This document shows positions 15,196-22,896 of a DNA stretch of 32,000 bases, one piece after another. The DNA is taken from positions 485 through 32,484 of the forward strand of contig DASPVJ010000322.1 in the NCBI GenBank assembly GCA_035622435.1. Reading direction: 5' to 3'. Numbering within the stretch: the first letter of the stretch is position 1; every line of letters starts with the position of its first letter. Both the position numbers and the translations under genes were made by a program. Below the pieces are notes generated by a model. The model was not told the origin of the DNA and searched no databases. It was given only the letters and a program-made list of their open reading frames with translations. Origin of the DNA: Xanthobacteraceae bacterium. GTDB taxonomy: Bacteria; Pseudomonadota; Alphaproteobacteria; Rhizobiales; Xanthobacteraceae.

Positions 15196-16605
15196 TCAGT
15201 TGTGGCGTGTGCCGGGCGGCGGTTTGTAGGTGACGATGTCGTCGGCGCGCACCCAGCCGGGCGAGCCGGTGGGGAAGCGCGTCTTGGCGCGGGTGGCAAG
15301 ATCGCGGGCGGTGCGGTAATCGCCGCGGGCAAACGCGGCCTGGGCGGCAGCGAGGTCGGCCTCGGCGAGGTCGCCCTTGCGGCCGTAGGCCATGGCGAGC
15401 TGGCTGTAGCCGTCGGCCATGTCGGGTTCCCGCGTCACGGCGGTGCGCAGCAGCGGGATCGCCTCGTCGGCCAACTTGGCTTCGTTGGTGGCGACGAGCG
15501 CCTGGCCGAGCATCACGCGGATCAAGGTCGCGTTGGGGGCCAGCGCCGCCGCGTGGCGCAGCGGCCCGACCGCCTCGGTCGGGTGCCCGCCTTCGAGCAG
15601 CGCCTGCCCCTTGAGTTCGTAGAAATACGGGTTGTTGGGCTGGGTCTGGATCAGCCCGTCGATCAGGGTGAGGGCGGCACGCAGGTCGCCGTGTCGATAG
15701 ACCGAAATCGCCCGCGCGTAGCGGGCCGGCAGGCTGGTGTCGGACGGGGGGTAGCGCCGCCCCACCGTCTCCGGACGGTCGATGAAGCCGACGAGCTTGG
15801 CGCGCATCAGGTCATGGCGCGCCTGCAGTTCCGGCGGATCCTTCTTGTCCCAATAGGGGCTCGTCTTGACGAGCCCTTCGAGCGCGTCCATGCGCTCTTT
15901 CGGCATCGGATGGGTCTGCAGATAGGGATCGATGTAGCGGACCTGGAACTCGATCTTGTCGGCGAAGCGCTTGAACGTGTCGTACATGCCCTTGGGCGAC
16001 TGGCCGGTCATGGTGAGGAATTTCACGCCGGCCTTGTCAGCCTGCTCCTCCTGGGCACGGACATAGGCGAGCAGCGAGCGCTGCAGCATGCTCTGCGGCC
16101 CCTGGATGATGGCGGCGCCGATGTTGCCGGCGCTGGAGTTGGAGGAGCGCGCGCCCGCCGCGGTGGCGCCGATGCCGAGCAGCAGCGCGACGATGGCGGC
16201 GGTCTGGGCGTTGGCGAGTTCCTCGCGTATGCGCGCCAGATGTCCGCCGGCGATATGGCCGGACTCGTGCGCCAAGACGCCGATGATCTCGTTCGGCGTG
16301 TTGGCGTCCATCAGGGCGCCGACGTTGATGAAGATGCGCCGCCCGTCGACCACGAAGGCGTTGAACGCGCGGTCGTTGATGATGACGACGTGGACGTCCT
16401 GGTGGCCGAGCCCGGCCGCGCGCAGGATCGGTCCGGTATACTCGCGCAACAATTGCTCGATTTCGGCGTCGCGGATGATCGGCAGGTTGCCTTGCGCGTG
16501 CGCCGGGACGGCGGGCACGGCGACCGCGAGCGCGGTCGCCGCCGCAAGCGCGCGCAACGCTGGCGTCCGGCGTCCCAGCCTGTTACCCGTCTCGCCGATG
16601 CTCAT
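15196..16605 (-). CDS. M48-family metalloprotease with C-terminal TPR domain (BepA/YfgC-like)
   Basis: Signal peptide, an HESGH zinc motif (GVLAHESGHIAGGH), a downstream EEQADKAG, and a TPR-like C-terminal half. It sits 16 nt upstream of the dsbA-like gene. Confidence 0.9.
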   Translation of the reverse strand: MSIGETGNRLGRRTPALRALAAATALAVAVPAVPAHAQGNLPIIRDAEIEQLLREYTGPILRAAGLGHQDVHVVIINDRAFNAFVVDGRRIFINVGALMDANTPNEIIGVLAHESGHIAGGHLARIREELANAQTAAIVALLLGIGATAAGARSSNSSAGNIGAAIIQGPQSMLQRSLLAYVRAQEEQADKAGVKFLTMTGQSPKGMYDTFKRFADKIEFQVRYIDPYLQTHPMPKERMDALEGLVKTSPYWDKKDPPELQARHDLMRAKLVGFIDRPETVGRRYPPSDTSLPARYARAISVYRHGDLRAALTLIDGLIQTQPNNPYFYELKGQALLEGGHPTEAVGPLRHAAALAPNATLIRVMLGQALVATNEAKLADEAIPLLRTAVTREPDMADGYSQLAMAYGRKGDLAEADLAAAQAAFARGDYRTARDLATRAKTRFPTGSPGWVRADDIVTYKPPPGTRHN

Positions 16606-16808
16606 GCGGTGCGGTTCTCGAACCGTTTCGGGGGCAAACTAGGGAGGCCGCCCGGCCCGGTCAATGCAATGCGGATCACGTCGCGAATAAGGCGCTGTGT
16701 CCCGGTTGCCCGCGCGGCGGCCGGCGCGGGCGCGGCCGTCGGGCGGCCAACAAGCCCGTCGAATACGGCAGCAACGAGGCCCTGCGCGGGCTCCCGGGCG
16801 CCGCGCTG

Positions 16809-18008
16809 ATGCTCGAGGCCGCCACCCGCCTGCTCAAGCCCTCGGCGCGCAGCAACGTGCCGCCCTTCATGGTGATGGACGTGATGGCGGCGGCCGCGCG
16901 GATCGAGGCGGCCGGCGGCCGCGTCGTGCACATGGAGGTCGGCCAGCCGGCGGCACCGGCGCCGCAGACCGCGATCGCGGCGGCGCGGGCGGCGCTCGCG
17001 ACCGGCCGCATCGACTACACCGAAGCGCTCGGCATGCCGGCGTTGCGCGCGCGCATCGCGCGCCACTACGCGGAGCGCTACGGCGTCGCCGTCGAAGCCG
17101 ACCGCATCGTCGTCACCACCGGTTCCTCGGCGGGATTCATCCTGGCGTTCCTCGCCCTGTTCGAACCGGGCGACCGGGTGGCTCTGGCCAATCCGGGCTA
17201 TCCGCCCTACCGCCACATCCTCGCCGCGCTCGGCTGCGAGCCGGTGCTCATCGAGACGACGGCCGCGACGCGCTGGGCGATCACGGTCGAGGCGCTGATC
17301 GCCGCGCACCGGACAAAGCCGCTGCAAGGGGTGCTGGTGGCGAGCCCCGCCAATCCGACCGGCACCATGATCCGCGCCGAGGCGCTCGCCGCGCTGGTCG
17401 CCGCCGCGCAGGCGGAAGGCATGCGCTTCATCTCCGACGAAATCTATCACGGCCTCGACTACGCCTTTGCGCCCGAGACCGCGGCGCGGCTGTCGCCCGA
17501 CGCCGTCATCATCAACTCGTTCTCCAAATATTTCTGCATGACCGGCTGGCGCGTCGGCTGGATGGTGGCGCCGGGCGCGCTGGTGCGCGCGGTCGAGCGG
17601 CTGCAGCAGAACCTCGCCATCTCGGTGCCGATGCTCTCGCAAGTCGCCGCGCTCGCCGCGTTCGACGGCCGCGCGGAGATGGAGGCGGTCAAGCACGGCT
17701 ACGAGGCAAACCGCCGCATCCTCATCGACCGCCTGCCGGCGGCCGGCCTCGACCGCTTTCTCCCGGTCGACGGCGCCTTCTATCTCTATGCCGACGTGTC
17801 GCGGTTCTCCAACGACAGCTTCGACTTCGCCAAGCGCATGCTGGAGGAAGCGGGCGTCGCCGTCACGCCCGGCATCGATTTCGATCCCGTCAACGGGCAC
17901 AACTTCATCCGCTTCTGCTACGCCCGTTCGGCCGACGACATGCGCGAGGCGGTCGCGCGCATCGGGGGGTGGCTGCGCAGGGTGAGGCAGCCGGGGAAGC
18001 CGGCGTAA
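16809..18008 (+). CDS. pyridoxal-phosphate-dependent aminotransferase, class I/II (aspartate/aromatic type)
   Basis: PPFMVMDVMAAA, ANPGYPPY, ASPANPTG, SDEIYHGL and SFSKYFCMTGWRVGW (PLP lysine) motifs. Confidence 0.92.
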   Translation: MLEAATRLLKPSARSNVPPFMVMDVMAAAARIEAAGGRVVHMEVGQPAAPAPQTAIAAARAALATGRIDYTEALGMPALRARIARHYAERYGVAVEADRIVVTTGSSAGFILAFLALFEPGDRVALANPGYPPYRHILAALGCEPVLIETTAATRWAITVEALIAAHRTKPLQGVLVASPANPTGTMIRAEALAALVAAAQAEGMRFISDEIYHGLDYAFAPETAARLSPDAVIINSFSKYFCMTGWRVGWMVAPGALVRAVERLQQNLAISVPMLSQVAALAAFDGRAEMEAVKHGYEANRRILIDRLPAAGLDRFLPVDGAFYLYADVSRFSNDSFDFAKRMLEEAGVAVTPGIDFDPVNGHNFIRFCYARSADDMREAVARIGGWLRRVRQPGKPA

Positions 18009-18021
18009 CCCGCCACCACGA

Positions 18022-18465
18022 TCAGTCGGCGAATGGATTGACGACGGAAACGTCGAGGTCTTGGAAATGCCGGACATTGCGGGTTGCAAGATCCGCCCGG
18101 TTAGCAGTGACGATCCCCGCGATCAGAGTGTCGCGAAAGTCGACCGGTCGCCCGATACGCTCACGCGTCGCTGCAATGGAAGCTGCTGCACCGGCGGCTC
18201 TTTCATCGACAGGCAAAATCTCGTTCTGAATATGGATTTCAAGCACGCGCTCCAAAGCCTCTTCCAGACGTTGCCGATGGCGGCCGATGGCGAGTCTTTC
18301 GATTCCGACCCGCAGCTCGAAATAGGAGACTGCGGTCAACCAAAAAATGTCCGGTGGCTGACGATTGAGCCACCGCTCAAGTTCGGCATTGCGCTCGCTC
18401 TGCATCAGCGCGGAGACGATATTGGTGTCGAGAATAATCACTTCATTGGTGTCGAGAACAATCAC
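18022..18465 (-). CDS. vapC: type II toxin VapC/FitB (PIN-domain ribonuclease), N-terminus carrying an 8-aa tandem duplication
   Basis: (V)IVLDTNE-VIILDTNIVSALM..., ...FWLTAVSYFELRVG..., ...FRDTLIAGIVTANRADLATRNVRHF are PIN acidic-residue contexts. GTG at 18465-18463 overlaps the vapB TGA (GTGA). An alternative GTG lies at 18441. Confidence 0.85.
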   Translation of the reverse strand: MIVLDTNEVIILDTNIVSALMQSERNAELERWLNRQPPDIFWLTAVSYFELRVGIERLAIGRHRQRLEEALERVLEIHIQNEILPVDERAAGAAASIAATRERIGRPVDFRDTLIAGIVTANRADLATRNVRHFQDLDVSVVNPFAD

Positions 18466-18468
18466 TTC
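18421..18468. repeat. 24-bp tandem direct duplication (1 mismatch) spanning the vapB-stop/vapC-start junction
   Basis: ATTGGTGTCGAGAATAATCACTTC (18421-18444) is followed directly by ATTGGTGTCGAGAACAATCACTTC (18445-18468). Confidence 0.95.
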
Positions 18469-18716
18469 CGAAATTTTGGCGGGCGTACGAAGTACCCGCG
18501 CCACTCGGGGATTTCTTCGCTAAGCCCGATACCGGCAAACTCGTTGGCGATGCGCGTGCCCAAGCCTTTGGGCGGCGTGGGGCGCTCGTCGCGTCTCACC
18601 GCATCCCGCAGGATCGTGCGGGCTTCCTCCTCCATGCTGCGGCCGTGGCGGGCGGCGCGGCGCTTGAGGCGCGCCTTCACGCTGTCTTCGATATTGCGCA
18701 CGATGATCTGGCCCAT
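18462..18716 (-). CDS. vapB: type II antitoxin VapB/FitA (ribbon-helix-helix, Arc-type)
   Basis: MGQIIVRNIEDSVKARLKRRAARHGRSMEEEARTILRDAV is a typical FitA/Arc RHH N-terminus. Its stop overlaps the vapC start. Confidence 0.9.
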   Translation of the reverse strand: MGQIIVRNIEDSVKARLKRRAARHGRSMEEEARTILRDAVRRDERPTPPKGLGTRIANEFAGIGLSEEIPEWRGYFVRPPKFRK

Positions 18717-18726
18717 GGGGCGATCT

Positions 18727-18748
18727 CCTTGATATCATGATATCAAGG
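18727..18748. promoter_or_regulatory. perfect 22-bp palindrome, candidate VapB/FitA operator over the vapBC leader
   Basis: CCTTGATATCA|TGATATCAAGG lies 11 nt upstream of the vapB ATG and overlaps the GGAG Shine-Dalgarno. It is AT-rich for this genome. Confidence 0.6.
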
Positions 18749-18804
18749 CGGACGATCGGCGGCAATCGGTGGATCGCGGGCCGTTCGCTCCTGAGCCACC
18801 TGCC

Positions 18805-19461
18805 TCAAAACTCCACGTCGAGTTCCTCGAGGTCGTCGGGCTCGGTCTTGGCGGCGGCGATCCATTCCTGCACGAACGGCATGGCCAGGATGGTGCGGCA
18901 GTACGCCGCGCAGGGCGCGTCGAGCTTCACGTCGTAGGTCTCGAACCGCGTGCACACCGGCGCGTACATGGCATCCGCCAGGCCGGGCCGCGCCCCGAAC
19001 AGGTAGGGTCCCTGGTAGGCGGCGAGACACTCGCGCCAGATGGCGGCGATGCGGTCGATATCGGCCTGCGCCCCCGCCCACACCTTGAAGGCGGGATAAT
19101 GCGCCTTGATGTGCATGGGCAGCGCCGAGCGCAGGTTGGCGAAGCCGGAGTGCATTTCCCCGCTCACCGCGCGGCAATGGGCGCGCGCCGACTGCTCCGC
19201 CGGCAGCAGGCCGGCGTCGGGGTTGAGTTCGTGGAGGTACTCGGCGATCGCCAAGGTGTCCCACACCTTGACGCCGTTGTGGGTCAGGCAGGGCACCAGA
19301 AACGACGGCGACATCAACAGCAATTCGGCGCGGATCGAGGGGTCGTCGCTGGGGATCACCATTTCATCGAAGGCAATGCCGGCTATCTTGCACAACAGCC
19401 AGCCGCGCAACGACCAGGAGCCGTAGTTCTTGCTGCCGATGGTGAGCTTTGCCTCGGCCAT
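18805..19461 (-). CDS. glutathione S-transferase family protein (YfcF-like)
   Basis: KLTIGSKNYGSWSLRGWLLCKIAGIAFDEMVIP...VPCLTHNGVKVWDTLAIAEYL is a thioredoxin-like GST N-domain, followed by a helical C-domain. ATG at 19461 follows GAAGGGGA. Confidence 0.88.
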   Translation of the reverse strand: MAEAKLTIGSKNYGSWSLRGWLLCKIAGIAFDEMVIPSDDPSIRAELLLMSPSFLVPCLTHNGVKVWDTLAIAEYLHELNPDAGLLPAEQSARAHCRAVSGEMHSGFANLRSALPMHIKAHYPAFKVWAGAQADIDRIAAIWRECLAAYQGPYLFGARPGLADAMYAPVCTRFETYDVKLDAPCAAYCRTILAMPFVQEWIAAAKTEPDDLEELDVEF

Positions 19462-19707
19462 GTCCGTCCCCTTCACGGCCAGCCGCCCATGGCGGCGCGC
19501 CGAATTGGGCTGGAAAGCCAGCCGGTTGCCACAACCTCTTGAGGTCGGCCCCGAACCGTCTTGCCATGCCGTCCCGGCGCCGGCGATTGTCCCCAGGCGG
19601 ACCCCGGACAGCAACAATTTTCTCGCGGCGCAACATCAAATCCACTAGCCTTTCGCGGCCGGGGTGGTGGGGACGGCGATGGCGAAGGCCGCGCCGCTCG
19701 TAGCGCA

Positions 19708-20928
19708 ATGCTGTACCAGGCCTATCAGGCCCATTCCGACGTCATGGGCCTGGTGCGCGCGTTCGCCCAGGTGGCGCTGGGGGCGCTCGGCCGCTCCCCG
19801 CCGGGCGGCGGAGCCGGGCCCAACGCGCTGCGCAACCTCACCGCCGCCTACGAACTGATCTCCCGGGCCGGGCTCACCCACGTGCGCCCGCCGTTCGCCG
19901 TCGACAGCGTCACGGTCGGCAACCGCGAGGTCGCCGTGCGCGAGGTGAGCGAGCGCGCAACCCCGTTCGGAACGCTCCTGCACTTCAAGAAAGACATCGA
20001 CACGGCGCAACCGCGCGTTCTCCTGGTGGCGCCGCTGTCCGGGCATTTTTCCACCCTGCTGCGCAACACCGTGCGCACCATGCTGCCCGAGCACGACGTC
20101 TACATCACCGACTGGCACAACGCCCGCGACGTGAACCTCGGGCACGGGCGGTTCGGCTTCGACGAGTACATCGAGCACCTCGTCTCGTTCCTCGAGGCGA
20201 TCGGTCCGGGCGGCCACGTGATGGCGGTGTGCCAGCCCTGCGTCGCGGCGCTGGTCGCCGTCGCGGTGATGGCGCAAGCCGGCAATCCGGCGCAGCCGCG
20301 CAGCATGACGCTGATGGCCGGGCCGATCGACGCGCGGGTCAATCCGACCCGGGTCAACGAGCTAGCCACCAGCAAGCCGATCGAATGGTTCGAGCAGAAC
20401 CTCATCGCCAGCGTGCCGTTCCGCTACGGCGGCGCGATGCGGCGGGTCTATCCGGGCTTCGTCCAACTCGCCGCGTTCATGAGCATGAACATCGAGCGGC
20501 ATCTCAAAGCCCATCGCGAGCTCTACGACAACCTCGCCGCCGGCGAATACGAAAAGGCGCAAGTGACCAAGGCGTTCTACGACGAATACTTCGCCGTCCT
20601 CGACCTCACCGCCGAGTTCTATCTGGAGACGGTCGAGCGCGTGTTCCAGAGGCACGCGCTGCCGCTCGGCGAACTTGAGTTCCGCGGCAGCAAGGTCGAG
20701 CCGGCGGCGATCCGCCGGACCATGCTGCTCACCGTCGAGGGGGAGAAGGACGACGTCTGCGCGGTCGGCCAGACGGTCGCCGCGCACGATCTGTGCGCCA
20801 AGCTGCGGCCCTATCTCAAGCGCCACCACATGCAGCCGGGCGTCGGCCACTACGGCGTGTTCAGCGGCAAGCGCTGGGAAGGCCAAGTCTATCCGATCGT
20901 CAAGAACGTCATCCTGGCGAGCGATTGA
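19708..20928 (+). CDS. phaZ: intracellular polyhydroxyalkanoate (PHB) depolymerase
   Basis: MLYQAYQAHSDVM...PLSGHFSTLLRNTVRTMLPEHDVYITDWHNARDV...AVCQPCV...LLTVEGEKDDVCAVGQT...GVGHYGVFSG is a full-length match to the PhaZ (PHB_depo_C) family. Confidence 0.93.
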   Translation: MLYQAYQAHSDVMGLVRAFAQVALGALGRSPPGGGAGPNALRNLTAAYELISRAGLTHVRPPFAVDSVTVGNREVAVREVSERATPFGTLLHFKKDIDTAQPRVLLVAPLSGHFSTLLRNTVRTMLPEHDVYITDWHNARDVNLGHGRFGFDEYIEHLVSFLEAIGPGGHVMAVCQPCVAALVAVAVMAQAGNPAQPRSMTLMAGPIDARVNPTRVNELATSKPIEWFEQNLIASVPFRYGGAMRRVYPGFVQLAAFMSMNIERHLKAHRELYDNLAAGEYEKAQVTKAFYDEYFAVLDLTAEFYLETVERVFQRHALPLGELEFRGSKVEPAAIRRTMLLTVEGEKDDVCAVGQTVAAHDLCAKLRPYLKRHHMQPGVGHYGVFSGKRWEGQVYPIVKNVILASD

Positions 20929-20935
20929 ATAAACT

Positions 20936-21066
20936 CGACGTCATCCTGAGGAGGTCGCGCGCTGTTGCGCGCGACCGTCTCGAAGGATGGCCACAAACAC
21001 CGAGCCTGCTTCCATCCTTCGAGACGGCCGTTCGCCAACGCGAATGGCCTCCTCAGGATGACGTTT
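20936..21066. repeat. REP-type nested palindromic element (ACGTCATCCTGAGGAGG ... CCTCCTCAGGATGACGT)
   Basis: Outer 17-bp perfect arms at 20938-20954 and 21048-21064. Inner 16-bp perfect arms CCGTCTCGAAGGATGG (20975-20990) / CCATCCTTCGAGACGG (21012-21027). There is also a GTCGCGCGC-TGTT-GCGCGCGAC hairpin. Confidence 0.88.
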
Positions 21067-21084
21067 GTGTTTGTTTGATGCGCC

Positions 21085-21552
21085 CTACACCTGCTTCTCG
21101 AAGAACAGGCTCAGCTCGATGTTGCGGGCCGGCATTTCGGCGTAGTGGCCGAACGGACCGCAGCTCGTAAACCCGGCGCTTCGATAGAGGCCGATCGCTT
21201 CGCGCTGGTAAGGCCCGGTTTCAAGGCGCAACGCGAATTTGCCGCACGCCCGCGCCTCTTCCTCGATCCGACGCAACATCGCCTTGGCGAGGCCGCGGCC
21301 GCGGGCCGCCGGTCGCGTATACATGCGCTTGACCTCGGCGTAATCGTCAAACAGCGCAACCCCGCCGCACCCGGCGGCAACGCCGCTAAGCCGCGCCACG
21401 AAGAAACGCACGTGCGGCTCGAACAGTTGGTCGATCGACAGCCCGTGCCGTTGATGGGCCTCATAGGCCGCCCCGAGAACGTCGTTAAGTTCGCCGATCA
21501 ACGCGTGCACCTCCGGCGTTGCCGCGATCGCTCGCTCGATGGTGACGCTCAT
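21085..21552 (-). CDS. GNAT-family N-acetyltransferase
   Basis: 155 aa with an acetyl-CoA binding motif, RMYTRPAARGRGLAKAMLRRIEEEA (Q/RxxGxG/A). Confidence 0.88.
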   Translation of the reverse strand: MSVTIERAIAATPEVHALIGELNDVLGAAYEAHQRHGLSIDQLFEPHVRFFVARLSGVAAGCGGVALFDDYAEVKRMYTRPAARGRGLAKAMLRRIEEEARACGKFALRLETGPYQREAIGLYRSAGFTSCGPFGHYAEMPARNIELSLFFEKQV

Positions 21553-21605
21553 GCGCGATGATCTTCCTTGTCGCCGCGGTTCGCCGGACGACGCGAACTA
21601 TGCCG

Positions 21606-22118
21606 TCAGCCGCGTCCGGCGCCGGGCGAATCGAGCACGCGCTGCATGAACACGAGGTCGAGCCAGCGGCCGAACTTGTGGCCGACCTCCTCGAAGTGCG
21701 CGACCTCCTTGAAGCCGAGCCGCCGGTGGAACGCGACCGAGGCGGCGTTGGCGGCGTCGATGCCGCCGAGCATGACGTGCTTGTCGAGTTTTGCCGCCAA
21801 CGGGAACAGCGCCTCGACCAGGCGACGCCCGAGGCCGCGGCGCTGGCGGTCGGCCGCGACATAGACGGAATGCTCGACAGTGAAGCGATAGCCGGGCCAC
21901 GCGCGCCAATCGCCGAACGAGGAAAAGCCGGCGACGTCATCGCCTTCCGCCGCCACCAGCACCGGGTAGCCCTGGGCGCGTCGGCCGTCGAACCACTGGG
22001 TGCGCTCGGCAAGCGTCACCGGGGCGAGCGCGTAGACCGCGGTCGAGGTGGCGATGACCTCGTTATAGATGGCGAGGATGCCGGGCAGGTCGGCCGGAGC
22101 GGCGGCGCGGATGAGCAT
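21606..22118 (-). CDS. GNAT-family N-acetyltransferase, phosphinothricin/methionine-sulfoximine acetyltransferase-like
   Basis: MLIRAAAPADLPGILAIYNEVIATSTAVY...WF...GYPVLVAE...VEHSVYVAADRQRRGLGRRL...N..S...H..LGF resembles PAT/MddA-type GNATs. Confidence 0.85.
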   Translation of the reverse strand: MLIRAAAPADLPGILAIYNEVIATSTAVYALAPVTLAERTQWFDGRRAQGYPVLVAAEGDDVAGFSSFGDWRAWPGYRFTVEHSVYVAADRQRRGLGRRLVEALFPLAAKLDKHVMLGGIDAANAASVAFHRRLGFKEVAHFEEVGHKFGRWLDLVFMQRVLDSPGAGRG

Positions 22119-22213
22119 GGCGGGCCTCGCTCAAGATCGGCGAATGGCGAGGAGCGAATGGCGAATAGGGGAAGCCACCGTTCCATCCGCTACTCGCCAA
22201 TTCGCGGAAACGC

Positions 22214-22241
22214 TTGAACGGGGCCAATTATCCACTATAAT
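22214..22241 (+). promoter_or_regulatory. near-consensus sigma-70-type promoter (TTGAAC-16 nt-TATAAT) predicting a leaderless mRNA for the XRE-cupin gene
   Basis: TTGAAC at 22214-22219 and TATAAT at 22236-22241. The ATG lies at 22248, 6 nt after the -10 box, with no Shine-Dalgarno. Confidence 0.55.
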
Positions 22242-22247
22242 CAACGT

Positions 22248-22814
22248 ATGTCAACTATCCTGGACGATCCGACGCCGGCGTTGGCCGCCCGCCTGCGCCT
22301 CGAGCGCGACGCGCGCGGCTGGTCGCTCGGCGGGCTGGCGCAACGCTCCGGCGTCTCCAAGGCGATGATCAGCAAGATCGAGCGCGCCGAGGCGAGCCCG
22401 ACCGCCGCGCTGCTCGGGCGGCTGTCCGGCGCGCTCGGGCTCACTCTCTCCGCGCTCCTCGCCCGTGCCGAGGGGCGGCCCGACCGCCTGGCGCGGGCGG
22501 CGGTGCAGCCGCGCTGGCGCGACCCCAAGACCGGCTACGTGCGCCGCCAAGTGTCGCCGCCGTCGGCCCCGATCGAACTCGTGCGGGTCGAACTGCCGGC
22601 GCGTCGGTCGGTCTCCTTTCCGGCATCCGCTTACGCCTTCGTGCACGAGCTGATCTGGGTCCTTGACGGGCATCTCACCTTCGTCGAGGGCGAGGACACC
22701 CACGAGCTCGACGCGGGCGATTGCCTCGCGCTCGGCCCGCCGCGGGACTGCACGTTCAGCAACGCCGGCCCGCGCCCGTGCGTCTATCTGGTCGCCGTGG
22801 TGCGGCAGGGATAG
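22248..22814 (+). CDS. XRE-family transcriptional regulator with C-terminal cupin domain
   Basis: N-terminal HTH (LRLERDARGWSLGGLAQRSGVSKAMISKIERAEASPT) plus a cupin-like C-terminus (ELIWVLDGHLTFVEGEDTHELDAGDCL). It is divergent from the PAT-like GNAT. Confidence 0.9.
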   Translation: MSTILDDPTPALAARLRLERDARGWSLGGLAQRSGVSKAMISKIERAEASPTAALLGRLSGALGLTLSALLARAEGRPDRLARAAVQPRWRDPKTGYVRRQVSPPSAPIELVRVELPARRSVSFPASAYAFVHELIWVLDGHLTFVEGEDTHELDAGDCLALGPPRDCTFSNAGPRPCVYLVAVVRQG

Positions 22815-22896
22815 ATTTCCGGCGCGGTGAGCGTCACGGCCGATTGCCTGAGGCTCGGAGCGGCATCCGTGCTGACGATGACGAGCCGATGCCGGC

